A DNA stretch of 64,000 nucleotides from a virus: positions 1 through 64,000 of the IMG/VR virus record IMGVR_UViG_3300035665_003403, one strand, 5' to 3'. Under the pieces are notes generated by a model. That model was not told the DNA's origin. It ran no database searches and saw only the letters and a program-made list of their open reading frames with translations. Within the stretch, counting starts at the first letter, position 1; each line of letters begins with the position of its first letter. Shown one piece after another: positions 48,753 through 59,600 of this stretch. Position numbers and translations under genes: made by a program.

Positions 48753-51596
48753 TTAAATATCATCGAATGAAGCCCCAGCGTTTGTTAGTACGAAGTCAAT
48801 CTTTATAAACTCTAGTGAACGAGTTGGTTTCAACCAAATAGTTGCATTCAATTCATTTCTATCCAAGTCTTCTGGTGCATCAGATATAGCCACTCTAAAG
48901 TCAATAAGACCTCTTTGTGTTCTAATATTATTAAGGATTGGGTTAACCATAGCTAAGAATTGGCTTCTAACTACTGAATCATTTTGTTCGAAGATAAGTC
49001 TTAAACAAGCTGATGAAATCAACTTTCTAGTTTGCAATAAAAGTCTTCTAACATTTATTCTATTAAGGGCTGTTTCATTAACTTGAAGTGTTTTATTACC
49101 CCAAATCTTAATACCTTCAGTATTGAATGTGAATATTGGGTTAACTCTAGCATCCAAAAGAGTTTCATTTTCACCAACTGTTAATTTCTTTCTTGCTTTG
49201 ATAGCATCCACGTTACCTCTTTGAAGACCAGCAACTGCGAACCAAGAATAAGATATATTATCAGTCAAAGCTATGTTTCTAACAACATCTCTTGTTGGTG
49301 GAACGTACACATAAGCATTATTTTCAGAATCCAATATTTGAATCCAAGGCCAATATGTTGCTGTGTAGCTACTATCATATAAACCATCAAGTGAATCTGC
49401 AACATCAGCTGCTGATATAACATCACCACTAGCATCTGTATCTGGTGTTGTAACGATATAAAGTGAGTCACTTCTATCATCTTGAATCATATCGATTGTA
49501 GCTTCAACCAAGTTACTATTATCGAATGTATCGATACCTGGTGTAGCCAATACGTTAATATTTATAGCTTCAGGGTTATTAAACGTCCAAATTGCTTCAA
49601 GGTAAGCATAGTAATCGGATGTGATACCTAAATCACCATTTGTAAGTGTTCTATTTGCGAATGTATCAACCAATAGACCAGCAGCACCTTTAGTTCCATT
49701 TATCGTATATGAATCTTGGTTACTTCTTCTAGTTCTATAGATATCCCATCCATCAAAACCACCATAAGGTGCCATTGTGAATTTACGAGCATAAATTTTC
49801 TCATAAGGAGTATTTAGTAATCCAGCTTCAGTTCTAAATTCAGCATCACCAGTATCAAATAAGAATATTGGTGAGTAAGTACCTCCACTTGAGTTAATTA
49901 CTATTTCAACACCATCAATAGTTGCTCCTGTAGCATCGATATCCATGTGGAATCCTTTTGTTAATCCAGTCCACATATCTAAAGTAGAACTTTCTGGTTT
50001 TCCTTTGTAATCAAAGAAGTCAGCATCAATACCGATAGTATTTGATAAACCTAAATAATATTTTCTTTTGTTTTCAAAAGCACTATAAGATGTTTTATAA
50101 GTGATTGATGGAGAAAGAACTGATGAATTACCATTTTCATTATAATCTCTAACTGGATACCCAATAAACCCAGCAGGGAATGCTTCACTTATATCATTTT
50201 CAGTATCAAATTCAACTAAAACATATAAAGATTTTGAAGCATATTCACCATCTAACGTACCTATTTTCTTACCAATATAATTATTAGATTCTGGGTCTAA
50301 TGTACATCTAGTAAAGCTTTCCAACACTTGAATATTAGCATCAGTATCATAGAATCCTCTAACAATAACATCAAACTCTTTTGTATCTGGTTTAATATTA
50401 GTGATTGATATCTTAAACTGCTCATTTGCCGCATTACCATCAGAAATTGTCCAAAACCTGAATAATCTAAGAACTTTATTACCTCTTAATTCTGATACAA
50501 CATATGGTGTAACAGCTGGAGCAAATTCCACCAAATAATCATCAAATTTATTACTATAATTAATAGGTGTTAAGTTAACACCTCTAACTTTTTCATCATC
50601 ATTGTAATTTTCGAACATTTCTGAATAGAATTCTTCAACAAACAATGCTGTTTTACCATCTTGGGCACCTCTACCTAAAACCTTAGGTAAGTAATTTCTT
50701 TTTGTTTTATCCAAAGATAATCCATAACTAAACGCACCTTGTGTTGTTGATGCTCCTGTTAATGTGAAGTCACCTAATGGATTTGTTGTAGCACCAGTAA
50801 CTGATGGGTTAAACCCAACTCCAGTAGCACCAGTAACTTCAAAATCAACCAATTGTGTTGTTTGATTAACAGTTCCTCTAGACCTTAATAAGGCTACCAA
50901 TTTATTTTCAACATCAGAATAAGATGTACCAGAATAAAAAGTTGTAACACCACTTGTTGTTCCAGTTAAATATGAACCACTTGTACCAGTAGATATAACA
51001 TTCAACGTAAATGAAACACCACTAAAGTTATCACCAGTTTTTAAATAATATGGTGATATTGATGAAGTTGTACCAGTATTTGATACACCCAAGAAAGCTA
51101 ATTGGTCTGTTAAAGTACCATTATTTATTAATGATTGAATCAATGAAACACTTGAAGAAACTACCACGTTTGTTCCACCAGTAGTTGCACTATAAGTTAT
51201 CAATGATGCAACATTTGTTGGGCCACTTGTAATACCATATGTACTATTATCCATAGCTGCATCTAATGTAATACCCCATGCTAAACCAGCGTCATAACCA
51301 GAATAACCTAATACTCTAGTTACAAATAATTGATTTGATTGACTAAGATAAGATTTAGCAATATATGCCAATTCATATTTAGGGGCACCAGTATCTTTTA
51401 TTAACGTATTATCTAAACCACCAAAAAATGATTGGAATTCATTATAATTGCTAATGAATATAGGTTGAAACGCTGGTCCAATTGTTGTTTCACCAACCAA
51501 ACCTAATGTTGTAACACCAACTTGACGGGCTACATATGTTAAGTCTCTTTCTGATGTGTAAATACCTGGACTTACGAATACTCTTGATTCTGACAT
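48753..51596 (-). CDS. Tail sheath protein (T4 gp18 family)
   Basis: 947 aa; FVSPGIYTSERDL, LGLVGETTIGPAFQP, INVLATPGI, SSYTATYWPW, WFAVAGLQRG, IWGNKTL, LNRINVRRLL, LIFEQND, KPTRSLEFI. Confidence 0.95.
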   Translation of the reverse strand: MSESRVFVSPGIYTSERDLTYVARQVGVTTLGLVGETTIGPAFQPIFISNYNEFQSFFGGLDNTLIKDTGAPKYELAYIAKSYLSQSNQLFVTRVLGYSGYDAGLAWGITLDAAMDNSTYGITSGPTNVASLITYSATTGGTNVVVSSSVSLIQSLINNGTLTDQLAFLGVSNTGTTSSISPYYLKTGDNFSGVSFTLNVISTGTSGSYLTGTTSGVTTFYSGTSYSDVENKLVALLRSRGTVNQTTQLVDFEVTGATGVGFNPSVTGATTNPLGDFTLTGASTTQGAFSYGLSLDKTKRNYLPKVLGRGAQDGKTALFVEEFYSEMFENYNDDEKVRGVNLTPINYSNKFDDYLVEFAPAVTPYVVSELRGNKVLRLFRFWTISDGNAANEQFKISITNIKPDTKEFDVIVRGFYDTDANIQVLESFTRCTLDPESNNYIGKKIGTLDGEYASKSLYVLVEFDTENDISEAFPAGFIGYPVRDYNENGNSSVLSPSITYKTSYSAFENKRKYYLGLSNTIGIDADFFDYKGKPESSTLDMWTGLTKGFHMDIDATGATIDGVEIVINSSGGTYSPIFLFDTGDAEFRTEAGLLNTPYEKIYARKFTMAPYGGFDGWDIYRTRRSNQDSYTINGTKGAAGLLVDTFANRTLTNGDLGITSDYYAYLEAIWTFNNPEAININVLATPGIDTFDNSNLVEATIDMIQDDRSDSLYIVTTPDTDASGDVISAADVADSLDGLYDSSYTATYWPWIQILDSENNAYVYVPPTRDVVRNIALTDNISYSWFAVAGLQRGNVDAIKARKKLTVGENETLLDARVNPIFTFNTEGIKIWGNKTLQVNETALNRINVRRLLLQTRKLISSACLRLIFEQNDSVVRSQFLAMVNPILNNIRTQRGLIDFRVAISDAPEDLDRNELNATIWLKPTRSLEFIKIDFVLTNAGASFDDI

Positions 51597-51693
51597 AATT
51601 TTATTTTCTTAATTTTTAATTTATTTTAAGCTCTGCTTAGTTATAAATATTAAGAAATAAATGAAAGTATTCTTTACTTTTTAAAAAATTTAA

Positions 51694-51909
51694 TTAATGA
51701 CCATAAATATAATCAATCAACTCTTGTATGGTATTAAATTTATTCCCATCAATTATCATATCAATAGTTAATACCCTGATTGAATTATCCAATTCAACAT
51801 GAGCCATATACTCATCGATTATTTCAAATCCATTTTCGTATAGTGAATATGTGAATGGTAAAAACTCACCATCCATAATTACTCCACCTTGTGTACTTTG
51901 ATTACTCAT
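51694..51909 (-). CDS. Small acidic hypothetical protein (possible fibre chaperone)
   Basis: 71-aa ORF starting 3 bp downstream of the fibre-like gene. Confidence 0.5.
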   Translation of the reverse strand: MSNQSTQGGVIMDGEFLPFTYSLYENGFEIIDEYMAHVELDNSIRVLTIDMIIDGNKFNTIQELIDYIYGH

Positions 51910-51912
51910 AAA

Positions 51913-53613
51913 TTAAATCCTTTTAACTGTCATGTAAGATAATGTTTGTGTTTCAGCTGATGATGCCATTTGACCAGCAATTAATAAATAAACATCATTA
52001 TCCCAATTGATTGCCACACTTGAAACGTTATTTAACGGTGTTGAATCACTTGTATATGTACCAGCCACAAATACAGCTTCGGTTCCATTTCCTGTTCCAT
52101 TTGTGACCTTAATTGGAAGTGTACGTTGCATATATGTTGCAGCTAAGTTTGCAGCGGAAGTTGATGTACCAATTAATGTTGCTCCAGCTAATGTTGGTGA
52201 AGTATTAAAGTAAAATCTATTTGTCGGAATAACTGTCACACCATTTTTTCTTCCTCTCATTTCCATCCTTATAACATCTCCAGCTACATATGTTCCACCT
52301 GAAATTAATACTAAACCAATTAAAGTATTTGATGCTGCTGTTGTTCCACTTTGGTCAATTCCATTTCCATAAATTACATTATTATTTCCAGATGAATAAC
52401 CAGTTATAATAACATTATTTCCATCATTACGTCTTAAAGTTGTTGTACCATTTGCAAATGTACCACCTGTTACATATATATCAGTTGATGAACTTCCTGT
52501 TGTAAATCCAGTTACGTTAAAGGTTCCACCTGTGTTATTTGTAAAAATAGCAGTTCCATTACTATAAGTACCCCCTGTAACTCTAATATCTAATGGTAAA
52601 TTTTGATATGTTGTTGCCGATATTGTTGTTGCCGAAACACCAGACGTAAATCTAGTTTCACCACTAACGGTACCACCAGATAATGGTAAGTATTCACCAC
52701 TTAATGATGATGTTCCACCAGTACTAAACCCACTTACACTGAACGTTCCACCTGTGTTATTTGTAAAAATAGCAGTTCCATTCGAATATGTACCACCAGT
52801 AACATAGACATCAAATCCTGACGAACCGCTTATTGTTGACACATCACGTAGTGAAATAGTTCCGTTATTATCTCTAACTAAAATATTACTTAATGAATTA
52901 TTTGTTGATGCTGATAAAATACTTAAAAAAGGTACAAAAAGTGTATTATTTCCATTTACCGAAATATTTTCCCCTCCAATAATAGCAGACCCATCACCAA
53001 TTAAAGATGAGTTTTTAGACAAAACAAAAGATGTGTAACCAGATACTTGACTACCATCCCCACCAATTAAACCAAAATCACTTCTATTTATATTGTTTGA
53101 ACCAAAACCAACCCCACCTATACCTCTAACAGAAACTTCATAACCAATAGCTACGGAATAATCACCAACAGCATCAGTTGATGAATCATTTAATGTTTTT
53201 AAAGAAAAATTACCACTTGAACCACTACTCCAATATGTATCGGAAATAGTACCACCTGTTGTAAACCCAGTTATTGGTATATTAACATTATCATTTCGTA
53301 TTAAAGTCAATGTTTGTCCATTCAATGTTCCACCAGTAACATAAATATCTGTTCCACTACCACCAGTTAATTGATTAACTGTGGCAAATGGATTAGCACC
53401 ACTAGGTGATGATGCATTCGTTATTGCAGCTATTTGATTTGGTGTAAGTATTGTAAAAGCACCCCATGTACTAATATCATCAGTATTCATATATGCAATT
53501 CCAGTAGAGTAATCAATATAGAATGTACCACGTTTACTAACATGGATTGGAATTCCATCTCCAGATTGAAGTAATACACTACCTATTGATATTGACCTAA
53601 CATTTGTTGCCAT
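51913..53613 (-). CDS. Fibre/appendage protein with VTGGT repeat modules
   Basis: 566 aa, G/S/T-rich; four D-x-x-VTGGT modules shared with 56649..61226; YadA-head-like segment. Confidence 0.7.
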   Translation of the reverse strand: MATNVRSISIGSVLLQSGDGIPIHVSKRGTFYIDYSTGIAYMNTDDISTWGAFTILTPNQIAAITNASSPSGANPFATVNQLTGGSGTDIYVTGGTLNGQTLTLIRNDNVNIPITGFTTGGTISDTYWSSGSSGNFSLKTLNDSSTDAVGDYSVAIGYEVSVRGIGGVGFGSNNINRSDFGLIGGDGSQVSGYTSFVLSKNSSLIGDGSAIIGGENISVNGNNTLFVPFLSILSASTNNSLSNILVRDNNGTISLRDVSTISGSSGFDVYVTGGTYSNGTAIFTNNTGGTFSVSGFSTGGTSSLSGEYLPLSGGTVSGETRFTSGVSATTISATTYQNLPLDIRVTGGTYSNGTAIFTNNTGGTFNVTGFTTGSSSTDIYVTGGTFANGTTTLRRNDGNNVIITGYSSGNNNVIYGNGIDQSGTTAASNTLIGLVLISGGTYVAGDVIRMEMRGRKNGVTVIPTNRFYFNTSPTLAGATLIGTSTSAANLAATYMQRTLPIKVTNGTGNGTEAVFVAGTYTSDSTPLNNVSSVAINWDNDVYLLIAGQMASSAETQTLSYMTVKRI

Positions 53614-53674
53614 GTATATAAATTATTTAATAACTAACCACATAAATAAAAGTTAATGTGTAATTTGTTAATTT

Positions 53675-55159
53675 TTATTCCCAATATCCATTAATAGAAA
53701 CATTACCCCTATAAACTAATAATGGTGTTTCAACCCCTATTGGTATTTTTAATATTATGTGTAAATAAGTTCCAGATTCAACCATAAGTGGTGTTATTAG
53801 TTCATTATTTATCATTGGTCTTGCCATAGTTCCAACAGATGATATTGTTGGTATGTTTTGAACACCTAAACCTAATCTTCTAGTTGTTTTTGTACCACCA
53901 GTAACAGAATCCAACTCACCAAGTGATAAATCTGTTCCACCAACACCAACAACCCACTGAAGTGTTGTTCCAGTACTACCAATTGTTGCACCAGAAGTAA
54001 AAGTATTTATATTAATGTTGTTTATAACCAGTGTTTTACCAGGTATATCAGCTGTTCCATTTGGATTTAAATAACCAAATAAAATGTAATCATTTTCACT
54101 TGAACCACTCGCTGGAATTAAAAAATTTCCACCGATAGTTGTGTAACCACCAGTTGTATTATCAAGTAATGATAATCGTGTTGGTGATAAATTATTTAAT
54201 ATATTAGCTGAAGTTGTTCCACCAGTTAAATTTGATTGACCATCTGGTAAACTTATTGATGATTGACCATTAGTTACCATCAAAGATTTAAAATCTTTAT
54301 TACTTTTAAAATCACTGAAAAGAACACCAAAATCACAAATACTAATTTTAATTGGGGATGAAACAACACCACTATTTCTATTTCTAACAAATAAGGGAAG
54401 TGAATTTGGAAGTGATGTACGATATCCAGCGGTTGTTAATGTAAAGGTTGTTGATGTAAAAAAAACAGTTGTTGCTGTTGGTGTTATCTTACCGATAATG
54501 GTATCATCAACCCAAAACTCAACATTGTTATCAATTATTGCTAATATATAGTCATTATATTCATTTATCGTTGGTGTGTGTATGTTTACAATAGTAGTTT
54601 CATAACCACTATAACTAACAACACCATTAAGGGTTCCACCACTAACTCTAAAAAAAACACCATCAGTAGGTGTTGTTGTTCCAGTTGTGGTAGCTAAACC
54701 AAATTCAATTATATTATTTGTTTGAAAAGTATTATCAAATTTGGTTTTAAAATTAACATAAATAGGGGCGTTTTCAAAAATAGGAAAGGTTCTAAATGTT
54801 TGAACCATTGAATAATCACCACTACCTACACTAGAATTCGCATTTAAGTTAAGACAACCACCAGATAATACTATTGTTTGATTAGTAGTAGTTGCTTTAT
54901 ATTTACTATTGTTTAATACATTACTTGAAAAATTATCTTGCCAAAAAGGTACTTCAACATTTTTAAGTAACCTATAATCTTGAGTAGTATGTAAAGCTCT
55001 TAATGTGGGTATACCAATAACTGAACCATCATCAACTTCAGATATAATATAATTATATCCAGATTCATTTATGATTGTTGGTAAAGTAACTTTTAAATTA
55101 TTATTTGAATCTACTTCAACTTCATTTATACTTTTACCGCCCTTTATTTTTATACTCAT
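53675..55159 (-). CDS. Beta-rich virion protein, paralogue B
   Basis: 494 aa, colinear with 55161..56600 (QDYRL, PTDGVFFR, NSLPL, IPGKTLV, PLMVE.GTYLHIILK, VSINGYWE). Confidence 0.7.
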   Translation of the reverse strand: MSIKIKGGKSINEVEVDSNNNLKVTLPTIINESGYNYIISEVDDGSVIGIPTLRALHTTQDYRLLKNVEVPFWQDNFSSNVLNNSKYKATTTNQTIVLSGGCLNLNANSSVGSGDYSMVQTFRTFPIFENAPIYVNFKTKFDNTFQTNNIIEFGLATTTGTTTPTDGVFFRVSGGTLNGVVSYSGYETTIVNIHTPTINEYNDYILAIIDNNVEFWVDDTIIGKITPTATTVFFTSTTFTLTTAGYRTSLPNSLPLFVRNRNSGVVSSPIKISICDFGVLFSDFKSNKDFKSLMVTNGQSSISLPDGQSNLTGGTTSANILNNLSPTRLSLLDNTTGGYTTIGGNFLIPASGSSENDYILFGYLNPNGTADIPGKTLVINNININTFTSGATIGSTGTTLQWVVGVGGTDLSLGELDSVTGGTKTTRRLGLGVQNIPTISSVGTMARPMINNELITPLMVESGTYLHIILKIPIGVETPLLVYRGNVSINGYWE

Positions 55160-55160
55160 G

Positions 55161-56600
55161 TTATTCCCAATATCCGTTAATTGAAACCAAACCTCTTATT
55201 ATTTGTGTTGCTGTTGCTGTTGATATAGGCATCTTAAGTATTATATGTAAATAAGTTCCAGCTTCCACCATAAGTGGTGCTGTGAATTTTGCATCAATAC
55301 TTGGACTTGCTACAGTACCAACAGTTGTTCCTGTAACCATAGATTGAATTCCCAAACCTACTCTTCTCGCTGCTCTTGTCCCAGCAGTAACAGAATCAGT
55401 TGTAAGAAGAGTAACAGCTGTTCCACCTACACCAATTGTCCATTGCAATACAGTTGCTGTAGTTGCAATAGGTACTACAGCAACATAAGTATCTATCTTA
55501 ACACCAGTTACAACAAGCGTTTTTCCAGGTATAGCAGCTGTTGCAGCTGGGTTTAAATAAGCAAAAAGAGCGTAATCAGTTTCAGCACCACCTAATGCTG
55601 CAAATTGAAACTGTCCACCAAGAGTTGCATAACCAGCTGTTGTATTAGAAAGAGAAGCAGATACTGGACCAGTAATGTTAACAATATTTGCTGTTTGAGT
55701 ACCAGCAGCAACAGCTGCTGAACCATCTGGTGTTGAAATAGATGATTGTCCGTTGGTTACCATGGTTGTACTCCATTCTTTCCCAGAATCCATATCACCA
55801 AGACTTATACCTAATTGTGCTATATTTAATTGAACAGCCGTACTTACAGCACCAGAATTATAATTTCTTAATAATAAAGGTAAAGAATTTGATTGACAAG
55901 GACTACCAAGACCAACAGGTGTTGGTAATGTCGTTAAAATAGTATCATTAACCCAAAAAGTACACTTATCTTGACCAATTGTTATGGCATAATGATATAC
56001 AATATTAGCTATTGGTACATGTATATTAGGTATAACAACTTCAGCACCGTTATTATTAATAACAGCATTTAATTGTCCACCGCTTGCTCTAAAGAAAACA
56101 CCATCAGTTGGTGCAGCAACACCTGAAGCCAACCCCAAACCAAATTCAATAACACTATTTGCTTGAAGTGGGTTTGAAAATTTAGCCTTTATATCAAAAT
56201 ATAAAGGATATGTGTTAAATAAAGAAAAACTCTTAAATGTTTGTACCCTAGCAACGTTGGTTGATGCAACGGCATTACCAGCATTTAAATTTAAAAAACC
56301 ATTTGCTAGTGTTATTGTCATTGTTGATGTAACACCAATATATTTTGCGTTATTTAATACAGCATGACTAAAAGTATCTTGCCAAAGTATTTTATCAATA
56401 CCAGTTCTAAGACGATAATCTTGAGATACATCTATTGGTCTTAATAATTTACTTCCAGTTACTTGACCATCATCTACCTCACCAACTGATATTGAATACC
56501 CAGCACCTGATAATACCACTGGTAAATTAACCTTTAAATTATTATTAGAATCAACATCAGCTAAGATATTTGAAACACCACCTTTTATAATTACACTCAT
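55161..56600 (-). CDS. Beta-rich virion protein, paralogue A
   Basis: 479 aa; tandem duplicate of 53675..55159; TATTTAT motif upstream. Confidence 0.7.
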   Translation of the reverse strand: MSVIIKGGVSNILADVDSNNNLKVNLPVVLSGAGYSISVGEVDDGQVTGSKLLRPIDVSQDYRLRTGIDKILWQDTFSHAVLNNAKYIGVTSTMTITLANGFLNLNAGNAVASTNVARVQTFKSFSLFNTYPLYFDIKAKFSNPLQANSVIEFGLGLASGVAAPTDGVFFRASGGQLNAVINNNGAEVVIPNIHVPIANIVYHYAITIGQDKCTFWVNDTILTTLPTPVGLGSPCQSNSLPLLLRNYNSGAVSTAVQLNIAQLGISLGDMDSGKEWSTTMVTNGQSSISTPDGSAAVAAGTQTANIVNITGPVSASLSNTTAGYATLGGQFQFAALGGAETDYALFAYLNPAATAAIPGKTLVVTGVKIDTYVAVVPIATTATVLQWTIGVGGTAVTLLTTDSVTAGTRAARRVGLGIQSMVTGTTVGTVASPSIDAKFTAPLMVEAGTYLHIILKMPISTATATQIIRGLVSINGYWE

Positions 56601-56648
56601 ATTCTTACATTTTTATTATAAATATCTTATATTTTTATATTATCACTT

Positions 56649-59600
56649 TTAATTCAATATTAAATATTTGATATTATACACACCCCAAGTTCCTTCAGAA
56701 CTAAAAGCATTTATGTTAAAACTAACATTATCAACGATATCACTCTTACTAAGAACCACCCCATCAATCATTGAATCCTCAATATCTGGGTGGTTTGTAG
56801 AACTAATAATTGTTAAAACAATATTGGATAAATCAGTAACGGTTGTGGAAGATACTGTTACTGTTGTGAAACTAGTTTCACCACTTATAGCTGCACCAAA
56901 ATTAACACTTGTTGTACCAGTTTCATTCACTATAACAGTAACAAAATTATTAACATCAATACCTAAATTACTAACACTATTACCACCAATAGTTTTTATG
57001 TTCAAAGCATCAACATATGTTGTATTATCGGAAGTACCTGTTAAATTACTACCCAACACAATTGTACTTACACCAATAGCTGTACTACCACTTCCATGAA
57101 CAAATGAATTTAATCCTGATGCAACAGATAAATTACCACCAGCATGTGAATTCTGACCTGATGATGTATTTAAAGCTCCTTCAACGTGACTTCCATCACC
57201 TGAAGCTATATTTCCACTTCCTTCAGCATGTGAAGCTAATCCACTTGATGTGTTTTGGTCACCCTCAGCGTGACTAACGTTACCACTTACTGTATTACTT
57301 TTACCTTCAGAAAATGAATCACTTCCAGTTACTGTATTATTTCTACCTGTTGCAAAAGAATAATTACCACTAACTATATTGGTGTTACCAAAAACACCAG
57401 CATCATTACCACTTATATCATTACCATTTCCAAATGCAGCACTAGTTAATCCACCAACAATATTATTATATCCAGCCGCAAATCCACCATCACTTGTAAC
57501 TCTATTGTTGAATCCAAATGCAGCAGCGTTGATAGCAGCAACATCAAGTGAGTTACCAGCCGCAAAACTTGTTATACCTGATACACTATTACTAAAACCA
57601 AAAGCAGCATTATAAGAATCCCTTGCCACGTTATCATGACCCATAGTGAATGAACCAATACCAATAGATTGGTTATTTAAACCAGCAGCCACAGCATAAT
57701 TACCAGTAGCATCAGTTGTTGAATCGTTTACTATCTTTACAGAATAATCACCACTTGAACCACTACTCCAATATATGTCAGAACTTGTAGTTCCTGTTGT
57801 AAATCCTGTGATAACCACATCGTTATTATCATTACGTCTTAATGTAAGCGTTTGCCCATCCAAGGTTCCACCCGTGACATAAATATCAGTTCCTGTTCCA
57901 CCAGTTGAAAACCCACTTACATTAAATGTACCACCTGTATTATTGGTAAAAGTTGCTGTACCATTTGAATAGGTACCTCCAGTCACACGTATATCTAAAG
58001 GTAATCCTAAATATGTTGATGCGCTTAAGCTACCATTAACAGTTAAGTTTCCTGTTATAGTTCCACCACTTGTACTTAACTTAGATAATATATCTGATTT
58101 AATTGTTTGAATAGTTGAACAATCACTAAGATTATCGCAAGTTAATCCTTGTTGAGTAGGTAAGCTTGAAACGACATATGAATAATGTTGTGAACCTTCT
58201 GTAAAAAATGTTATTGTATGTGATTGATTACTTGTGTTTGTTGCTCTTACAAGAGCAACTATGCTATCAGTAACAGTTATAGGAGACCCACTAAAATATG
58301 CATCACTAAGTTGCATTGATGGTGTTGGTGAATTTGTTGTTACTGGTGTTGGGTCTGTTGTAAATAATAAAGTTGATGTACCACCACTTGTTAGTTTATA
58401 AACTTCAACAAAAATATTAAAAGCTGCATTATTATTTTCCTTATATGAATGCAAATAAAATGACCAAATTCCACCAGGTATTAACGTTTTATTTAATTGG
58501 TCTGATTGAAAAGATGCTATTGTTTCTGTTGCACCAACACCAATTGTTGTTCCAGTTGATTGTTCAGATGCTGTACTACCTGTTGTGCTTAAATATCGAT
58601 TACTATTTTTTGATTGAGATATATTAAAATAAAATAATTGTCCTCCACCACCACCAGTTGAAAACCCACTTACATTAAATGTACCACCTGTATTATTGGT
58701 AAAAGTTGCTGTACCATTTGAATAGGTACCTCCAGTAACTCTAATATCTATAGGTAAACCTAGATAAGTGCTTGCACTAAACGTATTTGCTGTAAGACCA
58801 CTAGTAAATTGAGTTGGTCCCGTTACGGTACCACCAGTGAAATTAATTGCTGTACTAAAACCATTTACGGTAAAAGTACCACCTGTATTATTTGTAAATG
58901 TAGCCGTACCAGCATTATATGTACCACCAGTAACTTTTATATCTAATGGAAGATTTTGATATGTTGTTGCTGAAATTGTTACTGCTGTTAAACCACTAAC
59001 AACACCACCAGTAAATCCTGTGTAAAATCCGTTTACTGTAAATGTACCACCTGTATTATTAGTAAAAATAGTAGAACCATTTGAATAGGTACCTCCAGTA
59101 ACTTTTATATCAAGTGGTAAACCTTGATATGTTGTTGCAGATAAAATATTAGAAGAAATGGTACCGTTTGAAGTTAATCCAGTGACAGAATTAATATTTG
59201 AACTAAATGTACCCCCACTTGAATCTGTTATAGTAAATCTGTTATTATTATAAGTAAAATTAGTGATAGTTGTGTCCGTCATACCAGAACTAAAACCACT
59301 AACACTAAATGTACCACCAGTATTATTACTAAACGTAATGACACCATTATTTGGGTTATAAGTACCTCCAGTAATAGTAACATCACTTGATAATAACCCT
59401 AAGTTTGTGGTAAGTGAAACACCATCATTTCTAGTTAAAATTAAATCGTAATTAGATAAATTAAGAGTTAATCCAGTGGCAAAAACGTCAAGTGGTAAAC
59501 CAAAATAAGTTGTTGCACTCATTGTATTGGCTGTTAACCCATTTGTAAATTGTGTTGCACCAATAATGGTACCACCTGTAAAATTAGAACTACTTGTTCC

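Noticed and set aside
13456-51596. Bacterial eCIS/tailocin or T6SS locus
   Set aside because: Neck-like genes, phage-type SSB/helicase/RNR, homing endonucleases and absence of host housekeeping genes indicate a phage genome.
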